A DNA stretch of 64,000 nucleotides from Deltaproteobacteria bacterium (GTDB taxonomy: Bacteria; Myxococcota_A; Polyangia; Haliangiales; Haliangiaceae): the NCBI GenBank assembly GCA_025353585.1, contig JANXOM010000279.1, positions 18,009-82,008 on the forward strand, in the 5' to 3' direction. The position numbers and the translations under genes were made by a program. The notes under the pieces are model-generated. The model was not told where the DNA came from, ran no database searches, and saw only the letters and a list, made by a program, of their open reading frames with translations. Every line of letters starts with the position of its first letter. Positions within the stretch are counted from its first letter, which is position 1. Positions 1 to 10,971 of this stretch are shown in pieces.

Positions 1-207
1 ACGAGCGCGCTCGTCGGGGTGGCGGTCGGGCACCAGGCCGCGCGCGATCCGGCGCCCCGCCGCTACGCCCTCGCCGCCACCGCCGCGGCCGCGCTCACCG
101 GTGCGCTCGGCTGCGGGACCACGGGGCTCGGCGGCGCCCTCGGGATCGCGATCGGCCTGGTCGCCGGTGGGGTCACCGGCTGGGTGTCCGCCGAGCGGGC
201 GACCTGA
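1..207 (+). CDS. 3' end of a gene entering from upstream; Gly/Ala-rich hydrophobic C-terminus, family not recognised
   Basis: Frame 1 is open from base 1 to TGA at 205-207 with G/C at nearly every third codon position; tail GALGIAIGLVAGGVTGW looks like a glycine-zipper membrane segment. Confidence 0.4.
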   Translation, partial: TSALVGVAVGHQAARDPAPRRYALAATAAAALTGALGCGTTGLGGALGIAIGLVAGGVTGWVSAERAT

Positions 208-283
208 TCGCGTCCGCGGCCTGGTCACGCGGCGGGCGGCGCGCGCGACGGCATCGACGTCCGCTGACGAGATCCATTCGTGC

Positions 284-312
284 TTGATTTGGACGTTTTT
301 GCTCGCTAGCTT
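284..312 (+). promoter_or_regulatory. sigma-70-like promoter (TTGATT, 17-nt spacer, TAGCTT) directly in front of the CarH-like gene
   Basis: The only AT-richer patch in 208-318; TTGATT at 284-289, 17-nt spacer, TAGCTT at 307-312; the ATG at 319 lies about 7 nt after the -10, implying a leaderless or near-leaderless mRNA. Confidence 0.3.
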
Positions 313-318
313 GTGCGC

Positions 319-1188
319 ATGACCGCGGCGCGCTCGACGGTGTCGCCGCGGCAGGTGGCGGAAGCCCTCGGCGTCAGCGAGTCGTCCGTGAAGCGCTGGA
401 GCGACCAGGGCCTCATGGCCACGCAGAAGACGGCCGGCGGCCATCGCAAGCTGGTCCTCGCCGACGTGCTGCGCTTCGTGCACGAGCAGGGGTTCGCGAT
501 CGACAAGCCCGAGCTCCTCGGGCTGCCCGGCGCCGCGCCGCGCCGCACGATCCCCCTCGACGAATCGCGGGGCAACCTGCTCGTCGCGCTGACGGCCGGC
601 GACGCGGCCGCGATCAGCCGGATCGTCGTCGGCCTGTTCGTCGGCGGCTTGCCGCTGACCGAGCTGTTCGACGGCGTGCTCGCCCCGGCGCTGCGGGATC
701 TCGGTGCGGGTTGGGTGCACGGCACGGTGCGCGTGTTCGAGGAGCACCGCGCGGTCGTGCTCGTGCAACGCGCGCTCCATGACCTGCGGGACCTCGTCCC
801 CCGGAGCGCGCGGCGGAAGCCGCCGCTCGGCGTGTTCGCGACCGTCAGCGGTGACCCGTACACCATCGCGGTCTCGATGGCCGAGCTCACGGTGCTCGGG
901 CTCGGCTGGGCCGCCACGAACCTCGGCGCGAACATGCCCGCGCACACCCTGTGCGAGGCGATCGTCGGCACGAAGCCGCGCGTGCTCGGCCTCGGGATCA
1001 ATCACGTGGCCGATCTGGACGCGTTCGCGGCCGAATACCTGCCGGTGACCGCCTGCGCGCGGGAGCACCGCACGGCGATCGTCGTCGGCGGCGCGGGTAC
1101 GACCCCCGAGGTGCGCGCGCGGATCCGGTACGCCGCGTGCTGCACGAGCATGCGCGAGCTGGCGGACTTCTGCGCCAGCCTGGACTAG
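319..1188 (+). CDS. CarH/LitR-like transcriptional regulator: N-terminal excisionase/MerR-type HTH plus C-terminal B12-binding domain
   Basis: N-terminus VSPRQVAEALGVSESSVKRWSDQG is an HTH. A Wx9EH motif (GWVHGTVRVFEEH) precedes a Rossmann-like B12-binding-type segment (FATVSGDPYTIAVSMAELTVLGLGWAATNLGANMP). Sits next to carotenoid genes. GTG at 313 is an alternative start. Confidence 0.8.
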   Translation: MTAARSTVSPRQVAEALGVSESSVKRWSDQGLMATQKTAGGHRKLVLADVLRFVHEQGFAIDKPELLGLPGAAPRRTIPLDESRGNLLVALTAGDAAAISRIVVGLFVGGLPLTELFDGVLAPALRDLGAGWVHGTVRVFEEHRAVVLVQRALHDLRDLVPRSARRKPPLGVFATVSGDPYTIAVSMAELTVLGLGWAATNLGANMPAHTLCEAIVGTKPRVLGLGINHVADLDAFAAEYLPVTACAREHRTAIVVGGAGTTPEVRARIRYAACCTSMRELADFCASLD

Positions 1189-1327
1189 GTCTCCTTGCGC
1201 GGCTGGCGGGGGCGCCTGCCTCGCGAAGCACGGAGCGATGGAGGGCCAGGTCGGGAATGCTCGTCCCGACGCGTCGGTCGGTGCGCCAGCGAGTCCGGCT
1301 CGCACCCCGTCGCGAGCCCGGGCCTGT

Positions 1328-1834
1328 CTACGCGGCCTCGTCCTCGGCCAGGGCCGCGCGCAGCATGCTCCGTGCCCGGTGCACGCGGATCTTCACGGTC
1401 CCGACGGTGATCCCGAGCTTCGCGGCGATCTCGCGGTCGCAGAGCTCCTCGATCCGCAACCGCATCACGGCCGCGTACTTGTCATCCAGCTCCCCGAGCT
1501 CGCGCGTGATCCGCTCGACGCGCTCGTGCGTGGCGAGCGCCGCCTCCGCGCTCGGCACCGCCTCGCCCGTCTCGGCCACGTACGTGGCGACCGCCGCTTC
1601 GCGCGCGGCGCGCCGGCGGTGACGGCGCAGGTAGTCGAACGCCGTGGTCGTGGCGATGCGATAGAGCCAGGTGTGAGGGTGGGAATCGCCGCGAAACGCA
1701 TCGCGGTGGCGATGCGCGAGGAGCATCGCGTCCTGCGCGACCTCGTCGGCGGCGTCGGGGTCGCGGACATACCGGCGCCCGACGGCGTAGAGGAAGCCGC
1801 GCTCGGCCGGTCCGAGCTGGAGCGCTGCTGACAT
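1328..1834 (-). CDS. ECF (group 4) sigma-70 family RNA polymerase sigma factor
   Basis: 168 aa. Region 2 (DEVAQDAMLLAHRHRDAFRGDSHPHTWLYRIATTTAFDYLRR) and region 4 HTH (REIAAKLGITVGTVKIRVHRARSML). Confidence 0.9.
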   Translation of the reverse strand: MSAALQLGPAERGFLYAVGRRYVRDPDAADEVAQDAMLLAHRHRDAFRGDSHPHTWLYRIATTTAFDYLRRHRRRAAREAAVATYVAETGEAVPSAEAALATHERVERITRELGELDDKYAAVMRLRIEELCDREIAAKLGITVGTVKIRVHRARSMLRAALAEDEAA

Positions 1835-1890
1835 GCCTCAAGTGTTGGGGCGAACGAGCCTCCCGTCAAGGACCAAAACGTTCAAATCGT

Positions 1891-3354
1891 TCACGAGCTC
1901 GCGCCCGCCCCGAACCGCTCTCGGATCATCGCCGCGCGATATCCGAAGATCTTGCGCAGCTGGCCGGCGACGACCCAGCGGTTCGCCAGCGCGCCGAGAG
2001 GGCCGAGCGGCGGGGCGTAGTACACGACGTCCTCCATGAGCGTGCGGTCGCCGCGCGCGTAGAAGTGATGCTCGTGCCACCAGGCGCGGTACGGACCGCG
2101 GTGCTGGGCATCGACGAACACCGCCTCGCGGTCGCCCGCCTCCGGCGTGCGCCAGCGCTCGATGACGGTGCGCCAGCGAGCCGGGATGCCGAGGATCCGG
2201 AGGCGGTAGTCGATCGTCACTCCCGGCGCGGTGACGACCGGCCACGGCGTCTCGATCCGGAACGCCATCTGCGGGGGCGTGAGCAGCTGAAGATTCTCGG
2301 CGGACGCGAAGAACGGGAACACCTCCGACAGCGGCGCGGCGAGCTCCGTCTGCGCGACGAGGACGTACCGCGGGTGCCGCGCGCGCGTGTAGTCCGTATC
2401 GGGAGCCTCGCCGCGCTGCAGGCGGCGCATGCCGATACCCGCCGAGCTCGTGAGGTCCGCGAGCGCGCCGTCGAGCGCGCCGAACGCGAACGTGAAGCCG
2501 GCGGCGACGAGCGCATCCGGCACGACGCGCTGGCTCGCGGTCAGCACGGATGCGGCCTCGCCGAGGAGCAGGCGGAGAGCGAAGCCCGGCGCCGGGGTCA
2601 CCGCCGGGCGCCCGAGCGCGCGGCCGAGCGCCTGCGCGAAGCCGCGCTGCCGCACGGGCTCCGGCGCGACGACGTTGACGGGGCCTTCGAGGGCCGACGC
2701 GCCGAGCGCGAACACGATCGCCTCGACGGCGTCGGCGAGGTGGATCCACGCCATCCATTGCTCGCCGCCCGCGATAGGCCCCCCGAGGCCCACGTTCGTC
2801 AACGGCGCGAGCTTCGCCAGCGCCCCGCCCTCGCGACCCAGCACGATCCCGAACCGCAAGAGGGCCACCCGCGACGCGGCGCCCCGCGCGGCGAGCGCGG
2901 CCGCCTCCCACGCGCGGCAGAGCTCGGCGGCGAAGCCCTCGCCCGGCAGCGCCATCTCCGCGAGGCGCGCGTCGCCGCGATCGCCGTAGATGCCGATCGC
3001 GCTCGCCGACACGAGCACGGGCGCGCGCCCGGTGGCCGCCGCCGCCGCGATCGCCTCGACGACCGCGGCCGTGGGCCCGAGCCGGCTCCCGGTGAGCGCG
3101 GCCTTGCGCGCGCGCGTCCAGCGCTTGCCCGCGATGGCCTCGCCGGCCAGGTTGATGACCGCATCGGCGGTCCCCACCGCCGCGCGCAACGCGGCTGGGT
3201 CCCGCGCATCGATCAGCGCCACATCGGGGCCGAGCAGCGCGCGCGCCCGCACGGGGTCGCGCACCCAGGCGGTCAGTTGATGGCCATCGCGCGCCAGCCG
3301 GAGCAACAACGCGCGACCGATGAAGCCCGTGGCACCGGTGAGGACGACATGCAT
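1891..3354 (-). CDS. NAD-dependent epimerase/dehydratase (TIGR01777/SDR39U1-like) fused to a C-terminal SRPBCC (START/cyclase-like) domain
   Basis: N-terminus MHVVLTGATGFIGRAL is a Rossmann GxxGxxG motif. The C-terminal ~150 aa (FPFFASAENLQLLTPP...YRAWWHEHHF) resemble the SRPBCC ligand-binding fold. Confidence 0.8.
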   Translation of the reverse strand: MHVVLTGATGFIGRALLLRLARDGHQLTAWVRDPVRARALLGPDVALIDARDPAALRAAVGTADAVINLAGEAIAGKRWTRARKAALTGSRLGPTAAVVEAIAAAAATGRAPVLVSASAIGIYGDRGDARLAEMALPGEGFAAELCRAWEAAALAARGAASRVALLRFGIVLGREGGALAKLAPLTNVGLGGPIAGGEQWMAWIHLADAVEAIVFALGASALEGPVNVVAPEPVRQRGFAQALGRALGRPAVTPAPGFALRLLLGEAASVLTASQRVVPDALVAAGFTFAFGALDGALADLTSSAGIGMRRLQRGEAPDTDYTRARHPRYVLVAQTELAAPLSEVFPFFASAENLQLLTPPQMAFRIETPWPVVTAPGVTIDYRLRILGIPARWRTVIERWRTPEAGDREAVFVDAQHRGPYRAWWHEHHFYARGDRTLMEDVVYYAPPLGPLGALANRWVVAGQLRKIFGYRAAMIRERFGAGASS

Positions 3355-3442
3355 GCCCGTTGGACGCTGGCTCGCGGGCGGGGATACGCCCCCGCGCGGG
3401 GATTGGCCGGGGCTGACCGCGGTTAGTCCCGGCGGACGCGCA

Positions 3443-3992
3443 CTACATGCGCGCCAGCGTGTCGTGCACGCCCGGGTAGCCGAGCGCGTAGCACCACCAC
3501 CAGGCGCCCATCATCGTCGTGTGTCCGACCAGGATGCCGACGTGGCTCCACATCTCCACGCGGTCGGCGCCCTGGCTGACGTAGCGCCGCCAGTGGAACG
3601 CCTCGTCGACGAGGCTGTAGAGGATGGACAGGCCGGTGAGCACGGCGGCGGGGATCACGACCACCGAGTTGTCGTACGCCAGCACGAGCAGCACCACGCT
3701 CGCCACGCCGCAGCCGATCGTGATCGCGTGGACGAGCGCCTCGCCACCCGCGATCGCCGCCTTGTAGATCGTGCGATGGCCGATGGTGTCGATCGCGATC
3801 GCCACCGTGAAGATGCCGGCGCCGATCGGCACCAGGATCGCCTCGGGCGGAAACACCGCGCCGTGCCGCGCGCCGAGCGCGATGAACACGCTCGTGGAGA
3901 TGCACAGGCCCGCGACGGTCGCGACCCACGCGAGATACGCGGCCCAGTCCCGACCCGTGAACAGCCGGATCCGGCCGACGTATTGCGCGAGC

Positions 3993-4009
<17 letters not shown>
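3443..4009 (-). CDS. integral membrane protein of unknown function (about 5 TM, conserved-looking His residues), overlapping the crtB stop
   Basis: 188 aa, hydrophobic throughout. His-containing motifs GHRTIY, LVHAIT, FHWRRY, WSHVGILVGH. ATG at 4009 lies 17 nt inside the end of crtB. High GC3. Confidence 0.75.
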
Positions 4010-6446
<2,437 letters not shown>

Positions 6447-6454
<8 letters not shown>

Positions 6455-7454
6455 AGCTAGCCTCCAGGCGTGCAAGCTCGGCGTCGACGAACGCCATGGT
6501 ATTCGCGTCGGCAAAGGCGGAGAGGGCGGACTGCGCGGCGGCGAGTCGACCGCGGACCTCGACGCGGCCGGCGGCGAGCGCGAACCCGCCGAGGAAGCGC
6601 GCGATCGCCTCGGGATCCTCGCGCCGCCGGGCCACTTCCTGGGCCCAGCGGATCCCGCGGTGCCAGCTCGCGTCGTCGGCCGTCTCGGCCGTCCACACCC
6701 ACGCCCACGTGGGGCGGAGCTGCCACAGATCCTCGCGCGACTTCGCGATGCGCGCGGCGGCGGTGACGGAGCCGAGATCGTCGAGCATCTGCAGGCCGCT
6801 GCCGAGCGCGCTGCCGAACGCGGCGATCGCGGCCAGCCGCTCCGCCGACGCACCCGCCGCGAGCGCGCCGAGCTCGGTCGCGAGTCGCGTCAGCGCGCCC
6901 GCCTTGAGGTCCGTGGCGCAGCGGACGACGGCGCGCAGGTCCCCGCGCGCGACCCGGGTGACGTCGTGGCCGATGTCGAGAGCCTGCCCGCGGTGACACG
7001 CGAGGACGCCGCGGAGCATCGCGCCGTGCAGCGCCACGCGGACCGGCTCGGTGAGGCCGGCGCGGTCGAGCAGGTCGAACGCCGCGAAGTACATCCAGTT
7101 GCCCGTGTTGAGCGCGAGCGCGACGCCGTGGCTGCGGTGGAGGGCGGGCGCGCCGCGCCGGGTCTCCGCCTCGTCCTCGATGTCGTCGATGATCAGCGAG
7201 CCGGCGTGCAGCATCTCGATCGCCGCGATCAGGGCGGGTGGCGGGCCACTCGCGGCGCCTCCGGCGAGCTGCCACGCGATGTACACGAGGTTCGCGCGGA
7301 ACTGCTTCCCCGGTCGGGAGAGCACGTCGCGCGCAGGCCCGAGGAGCACGCGCTCCCACACGTGCGCCGGCAGCTCGGCGCCGAGCGCGCGCAGCTGCTC
7401 GTCGAGGAGCTCGCGCCACGCATCGGGCGCGTCGGCCATCGCGGCCGGCTTCAT
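6447..7454 (-). CDS. crtE: polyprenyl (geranylgeranyl) diphosphate synthase family protein
   Basis: First Asp-rich motif LIIDDIEDEAETRRG is present. The second motif reads MLDDLGS (third Asp absent). ATGA overlap with crtY and 8-nt overlap with crtI. Confidence 0.8.
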
Positions 7455-8635
7455 CCGGCGGCCCTCTGGCCGGTCAACACCGCGCGCCACGACATGCCGC
7501 GCGGCGGACGGCCGCACAGGATGCGCGCGCGGTCGGCCCGGGTGGTGCGGAGCGCGTAGAAGCGCCGGACGGTGTCCTCGGGCGCGCGATAGAAGCGCGC
7601 GAGGACGTGGTGGCGCTGCGCGGGCGCGAACCAGCGGAAGAGCATCTTGTTCAGGCGCAGCGCGAACGCGAGCTGGCGGCGATGCTCGTCGACGAGGAGC
7701 TGCCACCGCTCGGCCGCGTCCGGCTCCTCGATGCCGTGCGCGATGAACTGCGCCAGGCGCAGCGCGAGCGGCATCGAGTAGCCCGTCGTCGGGTGGAACC
7801 AGCCGCCCTGGTAGCCGGCGACGAGCGGGCCGTCGCCGAGCGCGCGCGGGGCCGCGGGCATCTCGAGCGGCAACGGCAACACGCCGCGCTCCTCGCGCAC
7901 GACCTCCGCGGCGCGCCAGCCCCGCGCCGCGACGTAACCATGAATGCCGGCCACGAGCTCGGCGTCGGCGAGGTCGGGGGCGTCGGAGAAGTAGGTGTCC
8001 TCGACGAGCACGCGGCGCTCCGCGAGCGGGAGCACGTACACGAAGCGAAACCCGTCCTGCTGCGGGACGGTGGCGTCCATCAGCAGCGGGCGGTCGAGCC
8101 CGTGGGGCGCCGCCAGGTCGAGCTCGAGGCCGACGAACTTCTGGTAGCCGCACGCGGCCGGGTCCGTGACGAGGTGCGCCGGGCCGCGCGCATCGACGAC
8201 GCGCCGCGCCCGCAGCCGCTCACCCGACGCGAGGACGACGTACGTCGTGCCGACTTCCTCGACGGCAGTCCCGAGGCGCGCGGCGTAGCTCGGGTGGGCA
8301 GCGATCGCGGCGTGGACCGCGGCGGCGAGCGACTCCGACGTCGCGCACGCGTACGGCGAGGCGAGCGAGCGCGCGTGCTCGGGGAACGCGACCTCGTAGC
8401 CCGGCCAGCGATGGGCGAGCGCGGGCGCGAGGACGTCCGCGAGCTCGGGCGGCACGTCGTCGGCGTGGAAGCACCAGGTGTGGTTGCCGCACAAGGCGTG
8501 GGCGCGCTCGACGATCAGCACGCGCGCCGTCGGGCGGGCCGCCGCCAGCGCGAGCAGGGCGAGACAGCTCGCGAGCCCGCCGCCAACAAGGATCACGTCG
8601 TGCAGGTCAGCGTTGGTCGGGTCGGCGGCGCTCAT
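7451..8635 (-). CDS. crtY: lycopene beta-cyclase (CrtY type)
   Basis: DVILVGGGLASCL FAD fold; GNHTWCFH, FRFVYVLP, WFHPTTGYS and RFYRAPEDTVRRFYA match proteobacterial CrtY. Confidence 0.9.
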   Translation of the reverse strand: MSAADPTNADLHDVILVGGGLASCLALLALAAARPTARVLIVERAHALCGNHTWCFHADDVPPELADVLAPALAHRWPGYEVAFPEHARSLASPYACATSESLAAAVHAAIAAHPSYAARLGTAVEEVGTTYVVLASGERLRARRVVDARGPAHLVTDPAACGYQKFVGLELDLAAPHGLDRPLLMDATVPQQDGFRFVYVLPLAERRVLVEDTYFSDAPDLADAELVAGIHGYVAARGWRAAEVVREERGVLPLPLEMPAAPRALGDGPLVAGYQGGWFHPTTGYSMPLALRLAQFIAHGIEEPDAAERWQLLVDEHRRQLAFALRLNKMLFRWFAPAQRHHVLARFYRAPEDTVRRFYALRTTRADRARILCGRPPRGMSWRAVLTGQRAAG

Positions 8636-9528
8636 GGGATCAGCGCGGCCTCGGCGGCGAGGTAGCGGCGCGCCTTGCGGAGGGCGAGCTCGTTGCTGAG
8701 CCGGTGCTCCGGCCAGCGCGTGACGTCGGCAGCGAGGACCTTGCCGAGGGTGGCCTCGAACAGCGCGCGGTCCTTGTGCGCGACCGCGGGGCCGCGCGCG
8801 AACATCACGTCCACGATCAGCGCGCTCTCGCCGGCCAGCGTGCGGGCGCGGGTGAACTGCGCGGCGCCGTCGTCACCGCCGAGGAGCTGGCTGCGCGCAG
8901 CGGCGAGGGTCCCGAGCATCAGCTCGGCGCGGGCGTCATCGGCCCCCGGGGCGAGGCGCGCGGCCGCCGTGAGCGCGGCCGTGATCCCCGCGAGCTCGGC
9001 GAGGTGGTGCAGCGGGTCGAGGCCGAGGCGCAGCGCGTCCGCGGAGGCGATCGCGCGCACGGCCGGGACGTCCTCCACGCGCACGGCGGCGATCGCGGCG
9101 AGCTGCGCCGCGCCGCCCTGCTCGCGGGCAGTGCGCCAGACCCGGGGCAGGAGCTCGAGGTTCGCGTCGACGCACGACGCGAGGAGGCCGGTGAGCCGGT
9201 GCGCGATCTGCTCGGCCTCGGGCGCGCGGCCCCCGAGCTTCGCGTCCTCCCAGTCATCGGCGACGAAGCCAAGCGCGTAGCTGCACGCGGCGTCGGCGTA
9301 CATCACCCGGAAGCCGCGCTCGCCGGGGTACGCGGCGGCGAACGCCTGGAGCTGGACGAGGCCGCCCGGCAGCGCCTCGCGCGCGAGCTCGACATCGGAC
9401 TGCCGCTTCGCGACGTCGACCGACGCGTGGAGCACGCGGTAGGTGCTGGTCGCGGCCTGATGATCGATCCAGGAGCTGCAGGCTCCGAGGCTCGCGATCA
9501 CGCAGACGGCGTACAGGTAGCTCGTCAT
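8632..9528 (-). CDS. lipoprotein, helical-repeat; tentatively resembles TatT-like (TRAP-T associated) family proteins
   Basis: Lipobox ASLGAC after a hydrophobic N-terminus. All-helical Ala/Leu-rich sequence, C-terminal NELALRKARRYL. ATGA overlap with crtY. TTG at 9552 is an alternative start. Family assignment is from memory only. Confidence 0.7.
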   Translation of the reverse strand: MTSYLYAVCVIASLGACSSWIDHQAATSTYRVLHASVDVAKRQSDVELAREALPGGLVQLQAFAAAYPGERGFRVMYADAACSYALGFVADDWEDAKLGGRAPEAEQIAHRLTGLLASCVDANLELLPRVWRTAREQGGAAQLAAIAAVRVEDVPAVRAIASADALRLGLDPLHHLAELAGITAALTAAARLAPGADDARAELMLGTLAAARSQLLGGDDGAAQFTRARTLAGESALIVDVMFARGPAVAHKDRALFEATLGKVLAADVTRWPEHRLSNELALRKARRYLAAEAALIP

Positions 9529-9561
9529 CGCGGGCACTTGGATGATAAACAAGGTCCGCGG

Positions 9562-10851
9562 TTACACGCGATCACGCAACTGTGCGATCACGCGCTCGAT
9601 CTCGGTTGCGGCGTTCTCGGGCCCGTGAAGCGGCTCCATTTCGACGGCGAGCCCGCGCGCACGGTCGCGAAACTTCGGCGTGGCGAGCACGCGCAGGGTC
9701 GCCGCCCGGACCTCGCCTGGCGTGGGGGTGCCGGTGTGGAGGTCCAGCCCCGCGCCGCACCACGCGATCCGCGCGGCGATCTCCGGCTTCTCCTCGGTGC
9801 CGCCCGCGGCGACGAGCGGGACGCCGTGCTGCAGCGCCATCTGCACGCCGCCGTAGCCCGCGTTCGTGACCATGACCCGGACGAGCGGGAGCAGGGCCGC
9901 ATAGGGAATGAAGGCGGCGACGCGGGCATTGACCGGCGCCGGCGCAGCGAGCGGGCGTCCGCACGTGGCGACCGTAAAGACCTCTTCACCGGCCAGCCCG
10001 GCCAGGGTCGGCTCGATCAGCGCGGCCGGATCGGTGGCGAGCGTTCCCTGCGTGACGAGGACGATCGGCGTCCCGCGGGCGTGGGCGGCGAGGAGCTCCG
10101 GCCACCAGGCCGGGAGGACGGCGGCGGCGGGCGCGGGCGGGACGAGCGGGCCGATGAACCGCACCTGGCGCGGGAGATCCGAGCGCGGGTACTCGAAGCT
10201 GGCGACGGTCGGCTGGAGGTGGACGTCGGGCGAGAGAAAGTCGAAGTACGACCGCCGGCCGGCAGGAAAGCCGGCCGCGACGCGGGCGCGCCGGTACGCG
10301 CGGGTGACGCTACCGAACAGCAGCCGGTGCACGATCGCGTACAGGAGGCGGTTGCGAATCCGACCGGCCGGCGTCCGCCGCGGGAGCGGCCAGCCCGGGC
10401 CGAACGGCGCCGTGTCGACGCTCGGGATCCCGAGCGCGCTGATGCCGAGGCTCGCCCAGGGGATCCGGCGGCGCTCGGCGAACAGCGCGGCACCGAGGTG
10501 CGCCTGATCGGCGACGATGGCATCCGGCGCGAACCGGGCGGCGGCGGCCTCGAGGTCTCGCAGCTGCGCGCCCATCGGCCGGATGAACATCTCGAGGAGC
10601 TCGGCCTTGATGCGCGCGAGGCCCGTCCGGCCATGCAGGACCGGCAGGGCGCTGTCCACGTCGCCGTCGTCCCAGTCGGGCGCCTCGTCCGGCGGGAGAT
10701 ACGTGGCGCCCGTGGCTTCGATCCGGGCGGCAAACTTGCGGGCGGCGGCCCACTGCACCTCGTGCCCGCGCGCAATCAGCGCCCGCACCACCAGCCGCAT
10801 CGGCTCGACGTGCCCGGTCAATGGCACCGTGGCAACGAGAATCCGGGCCAT
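9562..10851 (-). CDS. GT1-family (MGT/UDP-glycosyltransferase) enzyme, CrtX-like carotenoid glycosyltransferase candidate
   Basis: MARILVATVPLTGHVEPM N-terminus and C-terminal donor-binding region (VTNAGYGGVQMALQHGVPLVAAGGTEEKPE) typical of macrolide/zeaxanthin glycosyltransferases. First gene of the carotenoid operon. Confidence 0.85.
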   Translation of the reverse strand: MARILVATVPLTGHVEPMRLVVRALIARGHEVQWAAARKFAARIEATGATYLPPDEAPDWDDGDVDSALPVLHGRTGLARIKAELLEMFIRPMGAQLRDLEAAAARFAPDAIVADQAHLGAALFAERRRIPWASLGISALGIPSVDTAPFGPGWPLPRRTPAGRIRNRLLYAIVHRLLFGSVTRAYRRARVAAGFPAGRRSYFDFLSPDVHLQPTVASFEYPRSDLPRQVRFIGPLVPPAPAAAVLPAWWPELLAAHARGTPIVLVTQGTLATDPAALIEPTLAGLAGEEVFTVATCGRPLAAPAPVNARVAAFIPYAALLPLVRVMVTNAGYGGVQMALQHGVPLVAAGGTEEKPEIAARIAWCGAGLDLHTGTPTPGEVRAATLRVLATPKFRDRARGLAVEMEPLHGPENAATEIERVIAQLRDRV

Positions 10852-10902
10852 GCGCGTTCGCTCCTACCTGGCCCCGTACCATACACCCGTCCGGCCCCCG
10901 GC

Positions 10903-10971
10903 CTAACAAAGGGGCCAGGCCCCTGTTAGTCCGAGATTCGGACACTAACAAAGGGGCCAGGCCCCTGTTAG
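10903..10971. repeat. two exact copies of a 27-nt palindromic unit (CTAACAAAGGGGCCAGGCCCCTGTTAG) separated by a 15-nt mini-hairpin
   Basis: Copies at 10903-10929 and 10945-10971. Spacer TCCGAGATTCGGACA is itself a hairpin. The second copy contains the TAA stop (10968-10970) of the TonB-dependent receptor. Confidence 0.9.

Noticed and set aside
1189-1327. A small ORF between the CarH-like gene and the ECF sigma as a CarR/CarS-like anti-sigma or antirepressor
   Set aside because: Only Arg/Pro-rich overlapping ORFs (for example 998-1231 -, 1195-1410 +) occur here, with no TM segment or GC3 support. The region is a convergent 3' gap.
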